From NCBI GenBank assembly GCA_964304625.1, contig OZ199840.1, positions 6,064,953-6,128,952 on the forward strand: a DNA stretch of 64,000 nucleotides. The letters are read 5' to 3'. Shown piece after piece: positions 54,614 through 64,000 of the stretch; position 1 is the stretch's first letter, and each line of letters starts with the position of its first letter. Position numbers and translations under genes: made by a program. Below the pieces are notes generated by a model. That model ran no database searches, was not told the origin of the DNA, and was given only the letters and a program-made list of their open reading frames with translations. The stretch comes from Kudoa neothunni. Its lineage: Eukaryota; Animalia; Cnidaria.

Positions 54614-57600
54614 TTATGGTAAACCAATTCCATTTAGGAAGGCATCATCTGAAGGTTTTCTGCCTAAAAAGTCAACCAACATATCCATACCATCCTAAGT
54701 TATCAAGTATGAGTTAGGTGTATGTGAATTTGGGTGGTAAATTACTTTTGAACCTCCAGGACTGAGTATACACTTCTGTAGAGAAGACCGGCGGTAGAAT
54801 CAGTAGGGTTAGCTTTGAAGCGAGACGCATACATATCAGCCGAATACACTTGACTCCACTGAAATTAGGGAATATATTAGAAGATAAACCTCATAAAAAA
54901 TCTCAAATTACCAAATAACCATAATATCTTGCATCATAACCCCCAGTCAGATGACCAAACGAAGCACTAAAGTTGGTTCCTTCCATAGGTTTGATTCCCC
55001 AGTAATTGGTCAAAGCATCTTCCACCTCTTTACGACTATCAATCTACGTAGGATTTGTGTTCCAATTGATAAAAACCACGATAAATTTAATACGTGATCT
55101 TTTGAGTGAATTGATTGATCAAGCTTCGAAAATGAAATCTACATAACAGGAATTTTTAAAAATCCCACTAAATAACCAATACCTGTCTCAAATAGTAAAG
55201 TGCAGCATTAGCCTTTTTGCTTTCGATCAGTCGATCAATGAGTTCATCCGACATTGGTTCGTGGGCTAAAAATTTATCTTATCTACTAACTTAGTAAGAA
55301 AATCCATACTTTTATGATGACTGGAAAGAGACTTCAAAACTGATTTATCCCAAACCCAATTTTCCAACATTTGAGAAGGGGCTCAACAAAATCTCTTTCG
55401 ACACTCGTACCGCTACAAAAATATAAATGCCCCAATCATTTTTCTACCTGAACATAGCGAAACGACTTGAACTACACATGGTGTGCATTACAAGTCCAAA
55501 TTCATGGAAAAATGTCTCCACTTAAAAAATATTCCATATATATTTTAAGTTTTAAAAACAGCTGAGATTCCGTAAATTCAAAGGTTTGTGTACATACTTC
55601 GCTGTGGGTGAATAGAACAGGTTTGTTGGGAAGTGGTTTTGTAAAATTCGCTACCATGGCAGATACACCGGGCTAAACAAACAGATCACCACTTAGAAAT
55701 GACACACTATAACCACTTGGTATTCGCCATTCGGGAGCATACAACGATGTTGAATGGTGAAACAAGCTGCATGACTATATTTGTTAGGTCTAGGAAATAG
55801 ATCCAAATAGAAATAGCCCAAGAGTTGGCCTTTGTTTTCGCTTGAAGGACAGTCTTCAATAACGGCATATAAGGAAACATCAGAGTGCCAAGTTGGTGCT
55901 CCTTCAACCTTTTGCAAATTTTAGTTTTAATAAATCCTAAATTGTTGATTAAAAAAATTGAATAATGTTTTATAATGTTATTGTTTAGTTTTTGGGGGGT
56001 GACTTCAAGCTTTAATAGGGAGAATCCACCATAGCTCAACAGAATTTATATTAAAATTATTCTGACACTTATTTCACTTGATAAAATCGATCGACTGAGA
56101 GCATAAGCTTGATTTTATATTATTAATTTCTCCCCGATAAATTAGAGAATAATTATTCATCAAAATAAATCATTCAAAACTATTTCAAAACTTTTCTCTC
56201 TGATTTAAATACTTAACACTAAAATAATCGTGATATCATTGATTAATTAAATATGAATATATTATAGAAATAAAACTTCAGAGAACAATTTTTTCGATTA
56301 AAAAAGACTAAACTTGAATTCCAATAAAGTAATTTACTAAAAAAACCAATAAAAATTATTATACAATCATAAAATGTTTACATAGTTTATATTTAAACGT
56401 TCCTTTACAAAACAAATAATCCTTTCTTAAATTTTAAATTTCCCCTTTCCATATTTATTTTAACTATTAAAATAAAAGATGCAAATCGTTTGATCACGTG
56501 TAAAATGTTATAACTACTAAATTAAGTTGAGAAGTTATTTTCTATGTAAAACTCATCCATTTTATCAGAAACAATAAGGTAGATATAATTCTACTATATT
56601 TTAATTCAATAAATGAAAAAATTACTATCTCACGAAATAAATTTAAACAAAGCAAAGCTTCCTATTGCGTTATGTAAAATTTAATCTAAAATTCTAAATT
56701 AAATAATTGAAATTGTACTTTACAAAAATAACTATGAATAAAAATATTATTTGTTCTATAAAATATCCAATTATTAAAAAATGTCGATGGCTCATAAAAT
56801 ATTCATAATATCTATTAGTAAATTCAATAAAATTTTCTTCAATTTTTATAACTTCAAATACAGGGAAATGAAAGGTCAAAATCTCAATTTTCAATAAATT
56901 CACAAAAGTATTCCAAGATTTTAACAAAAGATAAAAAGGTAATTAATTTACATAAATTCAATTTCAGCAATAATTAATAGAAAGCTACAACCTTGAGATT
57001 GATAATGGTAAAATGTCATACACTGTAAGTTTCTTAAAGCTATGTTCTTCATAAAAAATCCGTCGAATAAGAGTCCATGAAAAAAACATTAATGCTTCAA
57101 AAATTATACTTCCAATAATTTAACGAATCAATTAGCCAAATAATGAAATTCAAATAATAGATAACAATTTATTAAATAAAATACTCTAGAAGAGAAATAA
57201 AATTTAATCTATTTAACTCATTACTGAAGACTATTCCAATCGTACATTTGCATCAAATATATATATATATATATATACATGTACTTACTTATAATAAATT
57301 AATAATTCCAAAAGAAAAAAAATCATGTTCATTTATTACGTAGAAAATAAATCTAATTAAATAGATATTTTACAAGATTTTGCGGAAATAAACGTATATA
57401 CAGTGTGTTAGAGAAACCATAAGGATCGAGCATAATTCATAACCACCCTCATCATTAAATCATTCACACTTATTTAGCAAGATATGCCAAAAAAATTCAA
57501 GTAATTTTACATCAATAATTAAAAACCTGATTTTCCTTTTAACACAACAAAATTATATAAGTTTATTGCCTACTTCAATTATCGTTTGACCGTAAATTTA

Positions 57601-59203
57601 TTTTATAACTTAAACTAAACCCCTCAACAATAAAACCTTACCTGATAAAGTTGGTAAATTTTCTCGGAAACTTTACCGAAATCAAATATTTCCTTGATTT
57701 TATCATGATCCACACAGTAGTCAAGTTTGGAAACAAGGTTGGTGTAATAACTGTAATCCACGAATTGATTTTTCCATCAAATGGGATATTCCTAGATTGG
57801 CACTAAACGAAATAAATGTATTTTATAATTTATAAAATTAAATTGATACATCCTCTTTTTTAATTTCTATCAATCGATTGATTTCATTTTGTTGCAACGG
57901 TCTCAACTTGTTCACTAACGAATCCAAAAACTTTTCGACAGTTTCAGGAGTTTTCGCCATAAGTTTCTTTTTTAAAAACACACTTAGAATTCGCCTAATA
58001 AACCAAATATTTACTTCAATTGAATATTGGGCGTGTGTGTCGTAACCAAGCAATCGAGCTTTCTGAGTGAATGAACCTCACAAACTCATACACGATAAAT
58101 GACTACTTTGTGTCGCAAGGCAACTATTTTTTCAAGAATTTCAGTATTTTGGCTGATACACCGAGAGTTGAAATGAAAATTGACCGATTTTCTAGTGGAT
58201 TCCACTTGGCAGTATTCATAATTGGAACAACATGAGGATATTTTAGTGTGACCTTTCGTTTACCATTCCCGTCCATTTCTAAACATTCCAACAAATCCAT
58301 GGATATACCAACTAAACAAAAAGATGTTAGTACGACTTAAAAAACAACAATCAAATAAACCTAATTCACTATCATCAAAGTGAAGAACAGTATTCTCAGT
58401 GTTGATATTGTTGTTGAATGTAATACAAAGATTTTGAATTTCTTTCATCAATTCTTCAACATTTTTCCTGGTTGATTCATCGAGATGTAGACCTCTTCTT
58501 CGACCATCCAATATCCATCGATCTAGAAGTCGTTTTTCTTCTCCTTCCAGGTTGGGGTTGGCTTTCTGTTGATAGTTGGAACGAAATAAATAGAATACTC
58601 AGTTAAGTAAACTTACTTGGCATTGCACAATTTTGTCAAACATTTGTTTACACATTCTAATATATGTAGTTACAGCGATATAGCTATTCGAATGGGAATT
58701 CATACGACAGTTTCACAACAAAATCTGTAAGATCTTTATCACTGTCAGTAGATGCCTTGCGTTGATTTTTCATCCGGTGAAACATATTGAAAAAACTCGA
58801 TGTATGATGAGGTATCCATAAAAGTGATATCACCATATGATGATGGCTACACAAACAACAGTAAACAACTACAGAAAAAACTAATTTCGCACCAAAACAA
58901 TATCCTCAAATTTAGTGTTTTCTGATGGTAAGTTGAGTATGCTGTCATGCAAAGATTGAGTGGAAGTTTTCAGTGTATTTGTCATTGTTACTATTTGTTC
59001 ACCACTCTCGGTCCATTTATGTCGTCCACAATATTTCTCAAAATTACGCAACAACACATCATTCTCAACTAAAGTCATTTTGGTCCCTTATAACAAGAAT
59101 TTAGATCGACTATGCGGCATCAAGCAACCCCAAGGGTCTCACTTTTGAATGCAAATGCAACAGTTTGACAGCTCGATAATGTGCCAGAGATTAATCTTCG
59201 CAT
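54614..59203 (-). CDS. Thimet oligopeptidase/neurolysin (M3A metallopeptidase); frame broken as assembled
   Basis: [125 protein letters not shown]. About 7 single-base indels; one 1.7-kb intron (~55937-57641). Confidence 0.93.
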
Positions 59204-60682
59204 ACAAATGAATACGTATGCATGCGTCCTTCGCACAAACGCACATGGCGGTCGACTTGTATAATTTAGCGATATTTATCGTAGTGGATATTAACTATTT
59301 TTCAAGTATTTAAATTGTTCTACATTACGAAATGTTTCAATAACTTTATCGTTGTTTATTTCTAATTTACCACAAAAAATAAACACTTCCTCCATAAAAA
59401 TTAATATCTATTTATTCAGTTGGTTGATCCACATCTAAATAGTTTTTTGAGAATATGAAAGAAAAAACGCGAATATTTTATTTACAGGATTGATGTGAAA
59501 GATATCGCATGATGCTGTCAATATACCCTCTAATTTCAATAGTAAATGTTGTTCGATGAGTCAAAGTTTTAAATATGTTTATTAAAAATTTTACTAAACG
59601 TTTAAATTCCTTTTTATGACAGGGTAGAATTTATTTGTCAGTAACATCGACGTATGTGTGACACCTTTAGTTAACCAGCTTAATTTTTTAACTGAATACA
59701 AAAACATTTAATTTTTATACTATTACGTTAAATCTTTTAATACATAAAAAGAGAGGTCTCGTCGACATATAAAAATTCTAATAACTTTTGAGGTAGTTTT
59801 CGCTAGATTTAATCTACCTATACATTACGAGCAAAAATCAACAAACAGTAATCATTGAGGAAAGGGTTATATTGACAAGGTAAATAATATTCAGGGCCCA
59901 CTAGTTTTGATTATATTTAAATACTTCAAGCATCTAAGAACAGAAAGGCGGTCTAGAAATAATTAACTTTAACAGATTCTAAAAAATTTAATCTGTATAC
60001 AGTTTGCGAGTAAGAGTTGCTTAGATTAAAAATTTCGAATGCGCAAGCGTACACGCCGTTTAGGATTAAATTTTACCTTGTCGGTAGCCTCAGCCTCCTA
60101 AAATTTGAGTGGAACCACTAAGCTTTTGATGTATTATAACCATATTGCCCTGGCGATTACATATTATTAATTCTTTTTCTACAAGAATAAGAATTTATAC
60201 TTTATGCAGCCATCAGCCGATTAATTCTAGTAAATGTTTAATTTTACCAATAAAAATTAATTATTTGACGAAATGCATGAGTCATTAGCATAAATTGCCC
60301 CATAAATATCACATTATTCTAATTTACGTATGTAGGATTAATGTTCAGGCTAACTATAATCATTTAATGGAAAATGTTGCCATTGTTCTTCAATTCAACC
60401 GCACAAATAACCTCTACCCTTTTTAAATGATAATGTTTCATTTTATAATAATTCTAGAATACGATTTAAAGTATTTTATCAATCTAAATTTTGTAAAAAT
60501 AAATTGAGTAACTTTGCTAAGAATCAAAAATTGATCCAACAAAGTTTCTGTCGTATTATAATGGATCTTTAAAATAAACCTCAAATTTATCTTGGAAACA
60601 GGTAGAAATTAAAATAAAATTCTTTATGATTAAATTGATTCAAAATTTAAAATTACGCGATTGAATACTCCCTCCTCCCGTT

Positions 60683-62136
60683 CAGGGTTGCTAGAGTTGG
60701 TACGTTTTCGCCCTAAATAAAGGTATTGGCACTTTCGGTACGACTTCGACGCAAGTTGGTACGTTTTAAGGTCAATGAGTTTCGAGATAGAATTATTATA
60801 AGCGCATGCCACATATAAGATAATGTGTTAGAAGACCTGGCACAAAGTATCCACTCATATTCCTCAAATAGCTCAAAACGTCAAAATAAATATAACGGAT
60901 TACAATAATTATTCGGCATCGAGCATCCGACCATATTGTATCTGCCGCATAAGATGGCCGTCTCTTGAGCAAACTATTTATAAAATATTGGACGAATGGA
61001 CAATTCTAACAACGTTTCTCAAGGTTGGACCATAAGAAAACAGGGCTAAACCCGTATCTAAAATATTTGCACCTCTATTTAAACTCATACATAGAATGTA
61101 CTATACATTCTAACTTTTCTTACTCATAATCGATAAATTCGAAATTAAATTACAAGGTGAGAGTTTAGAGTACATAATCTATGGAATTCCTTTGAAAATC
61201 TTATGAAAATGATATGTAATTATTTGTTGAAAAGTCTGATCAAAAATAACACCTTCTAGAGCTTAAATTTTAAATTCCCCTTAAATTATATTCATCCGGA
61301 TAAGTTTTATTACAAGTCAAAAGTAGAATCAGTTTAGAATGAAAATACTACCATAATAAATATTCAAGATTGTGTTTACTTTCTTACCAAAACTCTAGAT
61401 TTCCATTTATTTACGGACGAAATAGATGCTTCAAAGGTTTTTAAGCGTCGCAAAATTTATACCTATACGGTTACTTGAACCAATGCATCCTGCAAATGTT
61501 AATGAAGGAAAACCCCACTCCATTATACCCCTCTCAATGAGATTTCCAAATATTATTGTTGAAGATGAATATTTTAAATTTGGGCAATGAATAGATAGAA
61601 CTTAGCCTGCAAAATAACCATCATTCATTGAAAGAGACCCGAAGAAATATTGTTACGCGGTCACAAATGAAAGAAGAGGAGAAATATTTAAGTATCGATT
61701 GCTGTCAAAATTAATGCTGTCTTTATTTGCTATGCCTTGTTCGCCTGGATCTGCTGGCGATCTATTTTTATTAATGAATAAAAACAAATTTGAAAACAGA
61801 TTTATATTGGAAGATGAAACAATAATTGCTCTACAATACATTAAATGTTTACTGAGAGACGTCAGTCGCACGAGGTAGAATCCATATATATGACCAATTA
61901 ACTAAAATGATGGAAAAAATAAATCTACATGATGAGAAAGATAATGATAGTAAATTAATATTTTGATATATAAATAGATCCTATCAATTATTTTTTCTGT
62001 TTCGATTAGTTTAATGTTGCTGGAATTATATTGTTTGTATTATTTTTAAAAAATGGTACTATTATAAAATTTTAGTACAATTTTAAATTTCTTGGTATTA
62101 TTTGGTACGATTTACAAAAATCGTCTGGCAACCCTG
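60683..62136 (+). mobile_element. Decayed, internally deleted hAT transposon
   Basis: TIRs CAGGGTTGCTAGA / TCTGGCAACCCTG, subterminal TTGGTAC repeats at both ends, relic peptides NSSKRQ, RWPSLEQTILKILDEW, and a C-terminal dimerisation-like LSKLMLSLFAMPCSPGSAGDLF. Confidence 0.85.
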
Positions 62137-62769
62137 CCTCTATTATTTTAACTCTAGTGATCATTCGCGTTGGGGCGTGCGGTGCGCAAGGAGATATATT
62201 CTCTAACAAAATTAGATATAGAACTTAATTATTAACGCGTGGCACAACATTTTATTTTACTATGAAATAATGCCTGTTAATATCGTCTTGAATGACGATT
62301 TAGTTATGTTTTATTCTTTCTTTAACAATGGATATATCTGACGCAAGCGTCGTAATTAACCGGCCTTCGCAGGTTTTTTTCGCATCTTTAAAATAATCGT
62401 TTTTTAGAAATGACACTACGTAGAAATATTCGCTGTGTAGGATTTTGTGACTCTCACGTTGAGTTTTAAACGAGTCCATAATTTGATTTATCTAACATAA
62501 GACTATAGTACGAGGGATGTCTGGGCTTGGATTTTTTTTATTTCAGCCTGGGGTTTTGACCGCCATTATCGGGTTTCCTTTAATCTTCCGAGTGCTTTGG
62601 TGCTTAATAGACTCCAAAGCATTTTGTGATAAGGATTTTTTGTACTTGTTGGAATCAAACACGATTTATATCCCGTATAATCTACTAAAATATACACATG
62701 AATATTAAAATCGGTTATTTTATAAAAGATTAAAGTTTAAGGGAAATAAAGTAGACTTTATACACTTTG

Positions 62770-64000
62770 TACTTTTGGTGGCCTATTAGACCCCACAATT
62801 TTATAGGCTTCAACAACTGTAAAAATTATTTTGTACATCTTATCAAAATTAAAACAGATTCTATCTCACAGATTAAGAGAAAATAAGTAAGCAAGTATCG
62901 GTGATGTTCCGCGAGAAATACCGAGAACATCTATAGAAATACGAGCGCCTCTGATGATATAAATTATGAAAATTACGAAAGCGATGACAACAAATCCATT
63001 AATATATTACAATGTAATCATAATTTTTCAGAACATTTCGAATTCTATGATAGTGGTGTTGACTCACCTAATATATATGCAGACAAAATTGGCGTAATGT
63101 GTTCGATTGAAGTTCTGAAAACCTCAAAGTGTACACAGAAAATATTGTAAACGATGCCCCTGGTGTTACAGCTTATTTAACTCGTAGAATACAGGAATTT
63201 GCGGAATGCTCAGATATACTTTTTCGTGGCGGCGTTTATGAAACCTTAATATGGGATACAAATACATTTGGTTTATATCATTACAGTCGTTGTTGGAAAC
63301 AGTTTTTAAATCAAAAATGTTTGGGCCCACATAGGTGTACCGATTTATATGATAATATTGAAATCACGATTGGAGGTTTTTAAAAACATTTTGGAATAAG
63401 GATAAAAAGTAGAGAAATATTTCAAAATGTCATGTTTTTGAGAGATTGATTCAAATTACGAAGACTCTCCTTTCTGGCTATTTTGCGAACACAACCGATA
63501 AAACAAACTGATGACTTTTTCTTAATACCCTGTTCAAATTTAACAGCTGCTGATCAGTTGATTACTTATGGAAGGAAATATCCTTCCATACGATACATGC
63601 CTTATAAACCAACAGTCTACGGAATCAAATTATTCTGGGTTGTTGACACATTAACTACCTTTTTCCGTAATACTTCTGTCAACCCGGGTAAACAAAATAA
63701 CCAAAAAGCTAAATGTTTTGGAGAAAATATTGTTTTAGACCTTGTGTCATACCTATAAACAATAATCGAAGAACAACGAATTCATACATCCTTTATTTAG
63801 GGCTTTATTGTGAAAAATCTCTCAGTTTCTTGGCATTGATTACTCAAAAGAAAATAACATTTAATGTGTTATGATAGTGCTTTTGTGTTATTTTACCTCA
63901 GCTAACGTACGGCAAATATCAAATAAGGTTTGTGTTGTCGTAAACATCTTCAGATTCGTTTGAACCTTTAATCAATTGTATCAAATTTGTTAATTTAATG
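62770..64000 (+). mobile_element. Decayed piggyBac transposase
   Basis: LTAADQLITYGRKYPSIRYMPYKPTVYGIKLFWVVD...IVLDLV; subterminal GGTGGCCTATTAGACCCCAC similar to the motif at 51817; stops and frameshifts present. Confidence 0.85.

Noticed and set aside
1-64000. CRISPR arrays, operons, rRNA/snRNA genes, alternative genetic code
   Set aside because: No spaced direct repeats or recognisable RNA genes were seen; conserved genes translate with the standard code and end at TAA, TAG or TGA.

Overview
Very AT-rich eukaryotic (animal) genomic DNA. Compact gene islands with many tiny GT-AG introns (mostly about 30-80 nt) alternate with tracts of decayed DNA transposons (mariner, pogo/Tigger, piggyBac, hAT, a MITE) and probable LTR-retrotransposon debris. 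Manual splicing supports these genes: CRIPT (-) head-to-head with MFAP1 (+); two tandem single-pass membrane microproteins with PPxY motifs; Brachyury; a single extended-Tudor protein; a Neurexin-IV/Caspr-like adhesion protein; LTO1/ORAOV1; a ZO/TJP-like MAGUK (3 PDZ-SH3-GUK); ANP32; a thimet oligopeptidase/neurolysin with about 7 single-base indels and HEFGL in place of HEFGH; and a few small orphan genes. The compact genes and highly diverged proteins suggest a reduced metazoan such as a myxozoan or 'mesozoan' parasite, but the taxon cannot be determined from this window. The most notable observations are the PPxY microprotein pair, an NRF1-like motif 9-33 nt upstream of several start codons, degenerate mini-intron signals, and the damaged peptidase. 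I found no clearly new biological system. All family assignments come from recognising motifs by eye, not from database searches.
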